From NCBI RefSeq assembly GCF_963921235.1, contig NC_086097.1:210678001-210742000 (forward strand): DNA of 64,000 nt, in the 5' to 3' direction. The notes under the pieces were generated by a model that had not been told where the DNA came from, made no database searches, and saw only the letters and a list, made by a program, of their open reading frames with translations. This stretch comes from Mobula hypostoma. Its lineage: Eukaryota. The translations under genes were made by a program, and so were the position numbers. Shown here piece by piece: positions 37,849-50,680 of the stretch (its first letter is position 1; each line of letters opens with the position of its first letter).

Positions 37849-39556
37849 CAATGCTTCACTACCAGATGAACTCAATGCCTTCTATGTCCGCTTTGAAAGG
37901 GAGAATATAACTACAGCTGTGAAGATCACTGCTGCACCCGGTGACTCTGTGATCTCAGTCTCAGAGGCCGATGTTAGGCTGTCTGTAAATAGGGTGAATC
38001 CTGGCAAGGCAGAAGGTCCTGATGGAGTACCCGGTAAGGCTCTGAAAACCTGTGCCAACCAACTGGCGGCAGTATTCAAGGACATTTTCAACTTCTCACT
38101 ACTATGGGCAGAAGTTCCAACTTGCTTCAAAAGGGCAACAATTATATCAGTGCCTAAGAAGAATAATGTGAGCTGCCTTAATGACCATCGCCCGGTAGCA
38201 CTTACATTGACACTGATGAAATGTTTTGAGAGGTTGGTCATACTAGACTGAACTCCTACCACAGCAAGGACCTGGACCTATTGCAATTTGCCTATTACCA
38301 CAATAGGTCAACGGAGGATGCAATCTCAATGGCTCTTCACACGGCCTTAGACCAAATGGACAATACAAACACTTATGTCAGGATGCTGTTCATCGACTAT
38401 AGCTCAGCATTTAATACCATCATTCTCACAAACCTGATTGAGAAGTTACAGAACATGGGCCTCTGTACCTCCCTCTGCAATTGGATCCTTTGACTTCCTA
38501 ACCGGAAAACCACAATCTGTGTGGATTGGTGATAACATCTCCTCCTCGCTGACGATCAACACTGGTGCACCTCAGGGGCGTGTGCTTAGCCCACTGCTCT
38601 ACTCTCTCTATACCCATGATTGTGTGCTAGGTGTAGCTCAAATACCATCTATAAATTTTCTGATGTTACAACCATTGTTGGTAGAATCTCAGGTGGTGAA
38701 GAGAAGGCTTACAGGAACAAAATATGCCAACTAGTGGAATGGTGCCATAGCAGCAACAACCTGACACCCAATGTCAGTAAGACGAAAGAGCTGATTGTGG
38801 ACTTCAGGAAGGATAAGACAAAGGAACACATACCAATCCTCATGGAGTGATCAGAAGTGGAGAGAGTGAGCAGTTTCAAGTTCCTGGGTGTTAAGATCTC
38901 TGAGAATGGAACCTGGTCCCAAATATCGATGCAGCTATAAAGAAGGCAAAACAGTGACTATACTTCATTAGGAGTTTGAAGAGATTTGGTATGTCAACAG
39001 ATACTCTCAAAAACTTCTATAGATGTACCGTGGACAGCATTCTGACAGGCTGCATCACTGTCTGGTATGGGGGTGGGGGCTACTACACAGGACCGAAAGA
39101 AGCTGCAGAGGGTCATAAATTTAATCGGCTCCATCTTGTGCTAGCCTACAATGTGTAGGCTGGTGTCTCAGAAATAACGTCCATTATTAAGGACCTCCAG
39201 CACCCAGGGCATGCCCTTTTCTCACTGTTACCATCAGGTAGAAGGTACAGAACCCTGCAAGCACACACTCAGCAAATCAGGAACAGCTTTTCCCCTCTGC
39301 CATCAGATTCCTAAATGGACATTGAATCCGTGAACATTTCCTCACTTTTTAATATATATTATTTCTGTTGTTTGCATAATTTTTAATCTATTCAATATAG
39401 GTATACGGTAATTAATTAATTAATTAATTAATTATTTTAATTTAATTTTTTTATTTTACTTCTTCTTATAGATTATGTATTGCATTGAACTGCTGCTGTT
39501 AAGTTAACAAATTTCATGACACATGCCGGTGATAATAAACCTGATTCTGATTCTGA
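37849..39556 (+). mobile_element. Rex1/Babar-type LINE nested in CR1
   Basis: [82 protein letters not shown]; (CTGATT)n tail. The CR1 reads through (ttagacaga|ttaggagaatgg). Confidence 0.9.
39408..39435. repeat. (TTAA)n microsatellite in a LINE 3'UTR
   Basis: taaattaattaattaattaattaattatt. Confidence 0.85.
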
Positions 39557-40511
39557 TTAGGAGAATGGACAAAGAAATTGTAGATGGAATACAGTGTTGG
39601 GAAGTGTATGGTCATGCACTTTGGTAGAGGAAATGAAAGGGTTGACTATTTTCTAAATGGAGAGAAAATACAAAAAAAACTGAGGTGCAAAGGGAGTTGT
39701 GAATCCTTGTGCTAGGTTTCCTAAAGGTTAATTTACAGATAAATCTGCAGTGAGGAAGGCAAATGCAATGTTAGTGTTAATTTCAAGAAGACTAGAGTAT
39801 AAAGGCAAGGATGTAATGTTGAAACTTCATAAAACACTGGTGGGGCCTCATTTGGAGTATTGTGAGTAGTTTTGGGCCCCTTATCTTAGAAAGAGTGTGC
39901 CAGAACTGGAGAAGGTTCAAAGGAGGTTCACAAAAATGATTTCAGCATTGAATAGCTTGTCATATGAAGACCATTTGATGGCTCTGGGACTGTATTTACC
40001 AGAATTCAGAAGAATAAGGGGTGACCCCATTGAAACCTCTTGAATGGTGAAAAGCCTTGACAGAGTGGATGTGGAGAGGGTGTTTCCTATGGTGAGAGAG
40101 TCTAGGACCAGAGGCATAGCATCAAAGGAGAGATGAGGAGGAAATTCTTTAGCCAGAGAGCAGTGAATCTGTGGAATTCTTTACCACAGGCAGCTGTGGA
40201 GGTCAAGTCTTTATTTATATTTAAGGCAGAGGTTGATGGATTCTTGATTGGTCAGAGCATGAAGGGATAGGGGATACGGAGAGAAGTCAGGAGATTGGGG
40301 CTGAGAGGAAAATTGCACCAGCCATGATGGAATGTGGAGCCGATGGGCTAAATGGTCTAATTCTGCTTATGGTCTTATGGTCCAAAAGCCAAACAAGTTC
40401 TAAAGAAAAGTAAATTCTCCACATTTACTTCCTAACATTTTGATTTCAAACCACAGCTAATATGTTCATTGATAAAGGATCACAAACAGGGATTCTATAG
40501 ATAGAATATAG

Positions 40512-40945
40512 TTCAAAGTTCAAGGTAAATTTATTATCAAAGTACATATATGTGAACATATAGAACCCTGAGATTTGTTTTCCTGTGGCTATGCTTGATA
40601 AATCCATAATAGAATAATAACCTAAATAGGATCCATGAAAGACCGCACCAAATTGAGCGTTTATCAAGTGTGCAAAACACAACAAACTGTGCAGATACTA
40701 GAAGAAAGAAATAATAATAATAAATAATTCTGCAATAAATTTCGAGGGCAGGTTATAAAGAGTTCTTGAAAAAGAGTCTATTGGTCGTGGGAGTACTTGA
40801 ATGAAGCGGCAAGCGTAGATGAGTGAAGTTATCCGCTGTGGTTCAAGACCCTGATGGTTGAGGGGTAATAACTGTTTCTGGACCTGGTGGTGAGAGTCCT
40901 CAGATTCTTATACCACCTTCCTGATGGCTACAGTGAGAAGAGAGC
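40512..40945 (-). mobile_element. Rex1/Babar-type 3' end
   Basis: gttcaaagttcaagg tail; homologous to 362-1995. Confidence 0.6.
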
Positions 40946-41751
40946 TCAGTGGAGGGTGCAGATGTTTTTTGCTGGTGGTGTGGCGGGGAGAGGAGGGGGT
41001 GGTCGTCACTTTGTTGCTGCTTATGCATGTGAGGGGGGAGCTGGGGGGGCTTCGGAGTTCTAACGTTTAACTGTCATTCATTCTTTGGGGCACTCCTCAG
41101 TTTTTGTGGATGTTTGCAAAGAAAAGGAATTTCAGGATGTATATTGTATACATTTCTCTGACATTAAATTGAACCTATTGATCTATTGAACATTGGAGGT
41201 ACCAAAGTCATCCATACACTGACTGATATAGCCAGTGACAGATGAGGCATATTCCTTAAATTCTGTGTCTTCTGATAACAAAGGACAAAATAAAGATATC
41301 AGAGTGAGCGGATCAGCTTGGAAAAATAGAACCAGTTTGATAGAATTTTTAAAAAATCCACATCTTCCATTCCCTCAGTTAAAACAGGATCCGAAAACAG
41401 AGGGCTATAGTTCTGAAAAAAGTTGCGCATTTACATTGTGCCATTCATGTTTAAAACTTTACACAAAAATGAACAAATGTTTAGGCTAGAAAGAGTTTCT
41501 AAATATACTCAGTTATCATTTGACAGATTCTTTGTGGAAAGAAGCAGGGCTGCCTTCCCAAGCTGTCTCACACAGTATTTGTCTGTAGCTCCCTCCAGTT
41601 TTGGTCAGTTGGTGAGAGTCACCGCGAGTGGTCCACCTTATTGCACTTCTTTCTCCCACTGCGCAGCTCTGAAAATTCTACTGGGTCTCTGCAATTTTGT
41701 AAGGCTCCCAGCTCCTGTCTAGCACAGCAGTTTAGAGAATAGGTAGAAACT

Positions 41752-41848
41752 TATAACCATATAACCATATAACAATTACAGCATGGAAACAGGCCATCTC
41801 GGCCCTTCTAGTCCGTGCTGAACTCTTACTCTCACCTAGTCCCACCAA
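41752..41848 (-). mobile_element. Very short CR1/SINE 3' terminal fragment
   Basis: (ATAACCAT)n tail followed by acagcatggaaacaggccatctcggccc. Confidence 0.55.
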
Positions 41849-42830
41849 CTTCTGCTGGGACTTTGCAGGTAACGATAGCCCATAATCTCAAACATCTTCA
41901 TACAATTATCATCACATCTTCTTCTGCATTCATTTTGATTGCCAGGCATGGAACTTATTGAAGGCTCCCTGTAACATATCTTCTAAATGAAGGGCCCTCG
42001 TCTGTTCTTCTGATTCCACCAACTAATCCCTTCTTACAGCACTTTCCCAAACAATTGCAGGATGCACAACACCAAAACAGCAGCAACTCTTTTCCCTCCA
42101 CAGTTGTGTCTCGACTTACTGAGTTCCTCCGGCAAGCTGTTTTTGGCTTTGTACAACTTGTACTGCATAAAGGAGCACATTTGTGTGGGACACATTAAAT
42201 ACGTTAATAGGTGTTTTTCATTCATCATCCTATGTAAAGTAGGAAGAATGGAGGCAATCCCAAGAGCACACTAAGTTTCATGAGGATCTGACTCATGGTA
42301 TCTGCATTTGATCACCATTTTGCATGCCACATCACCACCCTCTGCATGGTCTTCACGCACATAGCCAACTTCACTGAACGAGGTAAAGGCTTCCCCGATT
42401 TCACACCATTCTATTATCATTGATGATGATTCATCTCACAACCGTGTTGGGGACAGAATTCTGGAAATTATTCAATGGTGATAACACTATTCTTTACGGT
42501 TTCCTTTATCTGTTTAATTTTGTATTAGGTTTTACATTTTGGAAGTACACAATATGAAAGAACTGCTCTTTCTTGGGACTATAAGACAAGATGACCTTTT
42601 GTTTTCGAGTAGTAGAGAATTATTCACAGCAAAGAGCACAGCAGAACAGCCATGTTCTCATTTCCACTTAACCTTTTTAGTGAGCTCAGATCTTTAGAGG
42701 AGCATTCAGGATATACAAACCAGTAGGAGGTGGTGAAGAGGATTCTGAGATCTAACAAATCTTTCCAACTCAGGATAGCAGAAACAGAAATTTGTCAAAA
42801 CAAAGCTCAGATTGTTTTTTACTTTTAGAT

Positions 42831-44166
42831 CATAAGACCATGAGACATAGGATCAGAATAATACCATTTGGCCTATTGAGTCTGCTCCATCATTCAGTCA
42901 TGGCTGATCCTTTTTTCCCCTCCTCAGCCCCATGGCCCAGCTTTCTCTGTGTAACCTTTGATGCCATGTCCAATCAAGAACCTATCAATCTCTGCCTTAA
43001 ATACACCCAACAACCTGGCCTCTGCAGTTGCCTGTGGTAATAAATTCCACAAATTCAGCACCATCTGCCTAAAGAAATTTCTCCACATGTCTGTTTTAAA
43101 TAAATGCCCCTTTATCCCAAGGCTGTGCTCTCTTGTCCTCGACTCCCCCACCATGGGAATAATCCTTTCCACATCTACTCTGTATAGGCCTTTCAGTATT
43201 CAAAAGATTTCAATGACATCCCCCCCTTATCCTTCTAAATTCCAGTGAGTACAGACCCAGTCATCGAACGTTCCTTGTATGATAACCCTTTCATTCCCAG
43301 AATCATCCTTGTGAACCTTCTTTGAACCATCTCCAAGGCCAGTACATCTTTTCTTAGATGAGGAGCCAAAACTGTTCACAATATTCAAGGTGAGGCCTCA
43401 CCAATGCCTTATAAAGCCTCAGCATCACATCCCTGCTCTTGTTTTCAAGACCTCTTGAAATGAATGCTAACATTGCATTTGGCTTCCTCACCACTGACTC
43501 AACCTGTAAGTTAACCTTTAGGGTGCTCTGCATCTCAGGTTTTTTACATTTTCTTCCCATTTAGAAAATAGTCTGCACATTTATTTTACCTGCAAAGTGC
43601 ATGACCATACATTTTCCAACATTGTATTCCATTTGCCACTCTCTTGCCCATTCTCCTAATCTGTTTATTCCTTCTGAAGCCTACCTGTTTCCTCAGTACT
43701 ACCTGCTTCTCCACCAATCTTCATATCATCTGAAAACTTGACAACAAAGCCATCTATTCCATCATCTAAATCATTGATATACAGCATAAAAAGATGTGGT
43801 CTCAAGACCGACCCCTGTGGAACACCACTAGTCACTGGCATCCAACCAGAAAAGGATCCTTTTATTCCCACTCACTGCCTCCTACCAATCAGCCAATGCT
43901 CTATCCATGTTCATAACTTTCCTGTAATACCATGGGTTCTTAACTTGGTAAGCAGCCTCATATGGCACCTTGTCAAAGGCCTTCTAAAAATCCAAATATA
44001 CAACATCCACTACATCCCCTTTATCTATCCTCCTTGTAATCTCCTCAAAGAGTTCCAACAGGTTCGTCAGCCAAAACTTTCCCTTAAGGAAACCATGCTG
44101 ACTTTGTCCTATCTTGTCTTGTGTCACCAAGTAGTCCATGACCTCATCCTTAACAGTTGACTCCAA
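42831..44166 (-). mobile_element. CR1 ORF2 3' half (RT), decayed
   Basis: SQHGFLKGK..LTNLLE, DVVYLDF, VTSGVPQGSVL.P, KFSDDMKIGG, LYKALVRPHLEYC. Confidence 0.9.
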
Positions 44167-45219
44167 ACCATTTCTTTTCTCTGTGATTTGGTATGTGAAA
44201 ACAGTTTAATATTTTATACCTATTATTTTCTATCAGGCAATTTAAGCCAAATCTTTTAATAAATATTTATATTGTCTCCACATATCTAAATCTGTGTTGA
44301 ACGTAGAAAGCAAGTGTACGGAAACAAGTTCTTTATTTCTTCCATTTCCTTTCCTTTCTCAATAATATATGACATAACTGAAGGAAATTAAATGTTCAAC
44401 ACTCTCTAGAATGTGCAATGAAATAAATTAAATCTTATCCTGCAGATCCTGCAGCCTTTGTTTATTCATGGAAAAGACAATCTGATTTGAGACTTGCAAG
44501 AAACAAATCAGGTGGTAATTACAGTGATTTGAAAAGTCTATGTTCTAAGGTTGATTTATGCACTGTTTTGAAGTACAAATTAATTCCATAGATCGCAATG
44601 AAAAGATAAGCTGAAGAGTCAACAATTACATTAAGCCTCCCTTAATATTCTCAGCAACTATTCATGGATGAAACTGCTGCCTTTTTGGCAAAACAACATC
44701 AATTATAAGAATTTTTTTTATTTCCTTACTGTAGAGATAATGCTTCATTCATCAAGTGGAAATAATTTTTGTGTCTTATCTCTTTCACCTGCTTTTTCTT
44801 CATTAGTCTTTAATTGTCACAGTGTGTAAAATATTCCTACTAATCTGAAGATGTAAGATTTTATGTGGAGATTAAAGAATTCTACTTCCCCTCTTTTTAA
44901 ATAAGTAAATTAAATAATTACTGGAGCTGAGATAAATTGGCTACTGATTGAAGGTGCCATGGAGCCAATGCCAAGCAGTTCTTGCAAAAAGATCAGCAGA
45001 GCAAAGCATAGTTTGGGCATTTTGGCCATTAATTTCCATCACACAGGCCCTGAAGTTCTTTTGAATTGCTTTCTGTGTAGACTGTTCACCACTAAGAGTA
45101 AAAATTGATACATTTGAACCTGATAAGCAGTTATTGCTGATCTATCAACTAATTTGTAGCACAAATTCATGAACAAGTAAGAGCTGGTTTCTGGTTCAAC
45201 TCGAGTGAGATGAAAGATA

Positions 45220-46640
45220 CACTCAGTGGCCACTTCACTAGGTACCTCCTGTAGCTAATAAAGTGGTGACTGAGTGTATGGTCATAGTCTTCTGCTGCTT
45301 TAGCCCATCCACTTCAAGGCTTGACATGTTGTCCACTCAGAGATGTTCTTCTGCACACCACTGTTGTAACACATGGTTATTGAGTTACTGTTGCCTTCCT
45401 GTTCAGCTTGAAACTGTCTGGCCATTCTCCTCTGAACTCTCCGTGGTATTTATTGCCCACAGAGCTACTGCTTACTGAATTTTTTTTTACTTTTCATACT
45501 ATTATCTCCAAACTCTAGGAACAGCTGTGTGTGAATACTCCAAAGGTTATCAATCTCTGAGATACCCTAACAGCTCCATCTGGCACCAATGGACAATAGA
45601 CAATAGACAGTAGGTGCAGGAGAAGGCCATTCAGCCCTTCGAGCCAGCACCACCATTCACTGTGATCATGGCTGATCATCCACAATCAGTACTCTTCTCC
45701 TGCCTTCTCCCCATATCCCTTCACTCCGCTATCTTTAAGAGCTCTATCTAACTCTTCTTTGAAAGAATCCAGAGAATTGGCCTCCACTGCCTTCTGAGGC
45801 AGAGCATTCCACAGAACCACAACCCTCTGTGTGAAAAAGTTTTTCCTCAACTCTGTTCTAAATAGTCTACCCCTTATTCGTAACCTGTGGCCCCTGGTGG
45901 TCTGGACTCCCCCAACATCAGGAGCATGTTTCCTGCCTCTAGTGTGTCCAATCCCTTAATAATCTTATATGTTTCAATCAGATCCCCTCTCATCCTTCTA
46001 AATTCCAGTGTATACAACTGCAGTCGCTCCAATCTTTCAACATATGACAGTCCCAACATCCTGGGAATTAACCTCGTGAACCTGTGCTGCACTCCCTCAA
46101 TAGCTAGAATGTCTTTACTCAAATTTGGAGACCAAAACACTGCAAAATACTCCAGGTGTGGTCTCACCAGGGCCCTGTACAACTGCAGAAGGACTTATTT
46201 GCTCCTATACTCAACTCCCCTTGTTATGAAGGCTAGCATGCCATTAGCTTTCTTCACTGCCTGCTGTACCTGCATGCTTACTTTCAGTGACTGATGAACA
46301 AGGACACCTAGATCTCATTCTACTTCCCCTTTTCCTAACTTGACACCATTCAGATAGTAATCTGCCTTCCTGTTCTTGCCACCAAAGTGGATAACCTCAC
46401 ATTTATCCACATTAATCTGCATCTGTCCACTGATCCAACCTGTCCAAGTCACCCTGCATTCTCATAACATCCTCCTCACATTTCACACTGCCACCCAGCT
46501 TTGTGTTATCTGCAAATTTGCTAATGTTACTTTTATCCCCTTCAACAATCAACAATCATTCCAAGGTCGAAGTCACTTAGATCACATTTCTTCCACGTTC
46601 TGACGTTTGGTCTGAACAACAACTGACCACTGAGTTTATA
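45220..46640. mobile_element. Tc1/mariner-like non-autonomous DNA transposon remnant, interrupted by CR1 45594-46525
   Basis: TA-cactcagtggccactt...aagtggtgactgagtg-TA inverted repeat pair at 45220-45276, internal sequence continuing across the CR1, and a TIR remnant ccactgagtt near 46627-46636. Confidence 0.5.
45594..46525 (-). mobile_element. CR1 3' portion (second subfamily, (TCTATTG)n tail)
   Basis: LYRALVRPHLEY..FWSPNL.KDILAIEGVQ.RFTRLIP; tail caatagacaatagac. Confidence 0.9.
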
Positions 46641-47424
46641 ATTGCATTTGGAGGAATCTATAAAGCTTAATAACATTCAGGCATAAATTAAACATAAATG
46701 GAGATAGGGAACAGGAAACTGGTGAAATTAATCACTAGCACTAGCAAAATGACTGATGATTAATTGGCTATCCATTTCAGTTTGAATCTCTTGAAAAGAA
46801 ATGTTGAGCATGATGTAATAAGTGCAGTCAGTTAACTATAAGTTTATTTTGCATTTTTGACATTGACTAATTTCATCCTTAATACATCAGGCAGGGTGTG
46901 ATTGTGTGTTCAATTACCTTTCTGATGCCATTAAGCATTGTTTTGCTAATCATGTAATCTTCTACATTGCTGGAAGCATAACAGCTACACTCCTGAGGAT
47001 TTACATTCAAATCCCATTTACAACATTGAAGAAGGCTTCCAAATAATTTGTATCAGGACACAACTATCAATGGAATCATCACATCCTCAGTTTTCCATCA
47101 AGTTAAACTTAAACTAAATTACGTTTTCTTATAGATGGAACTGATGTATCCATAACCAGGTTTGGAAGGACAGACATGGATATGTCTTTTTCTAAAAGAC
47201 ACATCCAAGCGAACTCCATATGTCCTCTTGGTCATTTGATAAAAATGCAATAAATTGTTGCTAAAAGAAAATTCCTGAATATTATGGCTCACAAACCAAG
47301 AAATAAGTACAAACCCAAATAATCTAGAATTCTAAGAAAATTTGTGACAACATTTATGATAACAGCAACAAAATTACAGGAAACTCATAAAAATTCATTC
47401 AAATTACCAATCCAATTTCAATCA

Positions 47425-48710
47425 GCTCCAATTGCCTACCATCACAATTGGTCCACAGCAAATAGTCTTCATTGGCTCTTCACTCAACCCTGGAATATCT
47501 GGACAGCAAAGATACATGCATCAGGAAATTCATCATCGACTACAGCTTGGCATTCAATACTATCATCCCCTTCAAAACTAATCAACAAGCTTTAAGACCT
47601 TGGCCTGAATACCCCCTTATGCAATTGAATCTTCAATTTCCTCACTTGCAGATTCCAGATAGTTTAGATGGCAAAAACATGTCTCCATCAGCACAGGTGC
47701 ATCACAAGGTTGTATGCTTTAGCACCCTGGTCTACTTGTTTATACTTATGACTGTGAACCTAAGCACAGCTCCAATGCCATACTTAAATTTGTTGTTGAC
47801 ACCTCTGTTGTTGGCCAATTAAAGGTGATGATGAATCAACAAATTAGAGGGAAGCTGAAAATCTTAACTGAGTGGTGCCACATCAACAACTTCTCACTTA
47901 ATGTCAGCAAGACCAAGGAGCTGATTATTGGCTTCAGAAGGAGGAAACTGGAAGTCCATCAACCAGTCCTCATCAGGGGTTCAGAGGTGGAGAGTGTCAG
48001 CAACTTTAAATTCCTTGTGTTACCATATCAGAGGATCTGTCCCAGGTCCAACACATAAGTGCCATAACAAAGAGAGCACGGGAGCACCTCTACTTTCTTA
48101 GTTTGAGAAGAGTTGGCATCTCATCTAAAAACTTAACAAACTTTTATAGATGTATGGTGGAGAGTATATGGACTGGTTGCATCACAGCCTGGTTTGGCAG
48201 CACCAATGCCCTTGAATAGAAAAGCCTACAAAAAGTAGTGGATACAGCCCAGTCCATCACAGGTAAAGCCCTGCCCACAATTGAGCACATCTATACAGAG
48301 CACGGTCGTAGGAAAGTAGCATCCATTATTAAGGACCCTTACTGTCTCTTCTCGCTGCTGGCATCAGGAAGAAGGTACAGGAGCCTCAGGACTCACACCA
48401 CCAGGTCCAGGAACAGCTATTTCCTCCCAAACATCAGGCTCTAGAGCCAGAGCAGGTAATTTCATTCAACCTTGCTCGCTTCATCACTGAACTGTTCTCA
48501 CAACCTATGGATTCACTTTCAAGGTCTCTTCATCTCATCTTCTCGATATTTATTGTTTATTTATTTATTATTTTATTTTTTTCACAGTTTGTTGTCTTTT
48601 GCACATTTGTTAATTGTCCATCCTGTTGGGCGTGGTCTTTCATTGATTCTATTGTGTCTTTGGATTTACTGTGTGTATCCACAAGTACATATATGTAATT
48701 TGATAATAAA
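47425..48710 (+). mobile_element. Rex1/Babar-type LINE 3' half
   Basis: QFAYHHN.ST, ALHSTLEYLDSKDT.IR..IIDYSLAFNTIIP, WC..NN.SLNVSKTKELII, FYRC.VESI.TGCITAW. Confidence 0.85.
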
Positions 48711-48899
48711 TCCTCACTCAGTCCCCTGTTTATGTAGGCTGGACAATGGACAAGCCAGGTTTCAGCATTTCTATTCTTCCCAAGAATAAGGCTTGATGTT
48801 AACAAGAACTTCTCTCTTCTCTGAGACCATTGCAAGAAACTCTAGCTGCAATGCTGTAAATTACCGGGATGTCCCCTCCCCCCACCACCACAAAAACCC

Positions 48900-49770
48900 C
48901 ACCATAGATAAAGATCACAATAGTAAGAATAAAACACAATAAATATAAATACATAAGATAGCTTGCATACATACATTAATTTGATGTCCATAAAGTGACG
49001 CTTATGACAGGAGTGTCTATACATAAGGTGAATGATGGGAAATGATAAGATAGTGGTGGCTGGGGGTATGGAGGGTAGGGTAATGGGTGGAGATGTTGTT
49101 CGGCCTTACTATTAGGGGCAAGTATCTGTTTCTAAGTATGTTACTCTTGGATTGGATGCTACGTAGCCTCCTCTCTGATGTAAGTGGGGCAAACAGTCCA
49201 TGAGCAGGTTGGGTAGGGTCCTTCATGACGTAACTGGACCTTTTCCAGCACCTTTCTGTCTGTATGTCCGTGATGGTGGGTAGGGTTGTGCCGGTAATGT
49301 GCTTGGCAATTTTGACTACCCACTGTAGAGCCTTCCTATCTGCCGCAGTGTGGTTTCTGTACCATGCAGTGATGTAGCTTGTTAGGATGTTCTCTACTGC
49401 ACATCTGTAGAATGACATGAGTATGGATGTGCAAAGTCCAGCTCTCCTCAGCCTCCTCAGAGAGCAGAGACAATGATGAGCTTTCCTGATTGTATAGGAT
49501 GTGTTCTAAGACCATGAGAGGTTCTGTGTATTGTGCACTCCCAGGAGTTTGAAACTGAATGCAGTTTCTATTGCTGTGCCTCCATTGTAAAGAGGGGTGT
49601 GAGTGGTGTGAGTTCTCCTGAAGCTGATAACAATCTTGTCTTGTTGACGGTAAGGAAGAGCTTATTTGCCTAGCACCATTCTTGAGCTCTTCCACCCCCT
49701 CTCTGTAAGCCATCTTATCTTTGGTGGTGATGAGCCCCAGTCGGTGAACTTGTCAATGTGATTACTTTGG
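48900..49770 (-). mobile_element. Rex1/Babar-type LINE 3' part (different subfamily)
   Basis: ORF 49017-49418: SFYRCAVENILTSYITAWY...DRKALQWVVKIAKHITG...KDPTQPAHGLFAPL.S.RRLRSI. Confidence 0.85.
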
Positions 49771-49796
49771 TGAAAAAGGATCTTTTGCTTTCCCGG

Positions 49797-50225
49797 AGTA
49801 GATGACGAATAAACTCTTATTGGGCTTCCAGCTGGGTACAGGTATCAATTATAGCTGACATTTCAATGACAAACTCCACCACCTTCATCAGGAATGATAT
49901 CCAACAACGTCTGGTCCAGTGGTATTTATACTCCTGTTGTCCATCCCTCCTGATTAGTTAGTCCTCATCCAATCAGGTTTCTGCTCTCATACCTTGTTTA
50001 GAATCGAAATCCAGTTCTTAATTAGAGTGGGACCTTCATCTTTGTTAAAATTCTTTTCCTCTAGTTTTATTTCAATTGCTTCCTTTGCCTAGGTACTCCC
50101 AAAACCATTGGCACAGCACAATACATTTGTGCTGTCGAAGTTAATCCTACGTCTATTGTGAATGCTGATTTCTCTGGGTAACCCAAACTCATACACCTCC
50201 TGTCCTCCTTGATGTGGGTTTCCAC
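49797..50225 (-). mobile_element. Second Penelope-like family: GIY-YIG C-terminus plus terminal region with a hammerhead core
   Basis: ETHIKE.RRC..LGYPEKSA..INFDST.VL...KEAIEIKLEEKNFNKDEG, then a TATAAATA motif and CTGATGA...GAAATGTC. Confidence 0.75.
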
Positions 50226-50226
50226 T

Positions 50227-50680
50227 GGGGACTTAGGAGTCCTTGTGCAAGATACCCTAAAAGTTAATTTACAGGTTGAGTCAATGTTGAGTAAGGCAAA
50301 TGCAATGCAGCATTTATTTCAAGAGAACTAGAATATAAAAGCAAAGATGTAATGTTGCAACTTTCTAAAGTATTAGTGAGGCCTCACTTGGAGAACTGTG
50401 AGCAGTTTTGAGTCCTTCATTTTAGAAAGGATGTACTGAAACTGGAGAGGATTCAAATGAGGTTCACAAAAACGATTCCAGGATTGAATGGCTTGTCATA
50501 TGAAGAGCGTATGGTGACTCTGGGCCTGTATTCACTAGAATTCAGAAGAATGAGTGGTGACCTCATTGAAACCTATCAAATGATTAAAGGCCTTGATAGT
50601 GTGGATGTGGAGAGGATGTTTCCTATGGTGTGAGAGACTAAGACCAGGGGACACAGCCTCAGAATAGAGGGTCGACCTGT
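50227..50680 (+). mobile_element. CR1 ORF2 C-terminal fragment
   Basis: KANAM..FISR.LEYKSKDVMLQL.K.LVRPHLE; homologous to 13090-13451. Confidence 0.85.

Larger units (their letters stand above)
33900..40382 (+). mobile_element. Near full-length decayed CR1 (same family as 12814-17846), carrying nested insertions
   Basis: ORF1 from 34222: CSSC..CEKC zinc finger, IKELELELNELRII zipper, MVCCLP.ARVRD, PEVIVHVSTND esterase. ORF2 remnants extend to ~40300; ttatggtcttatgg tail. Confidence 0.9.
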
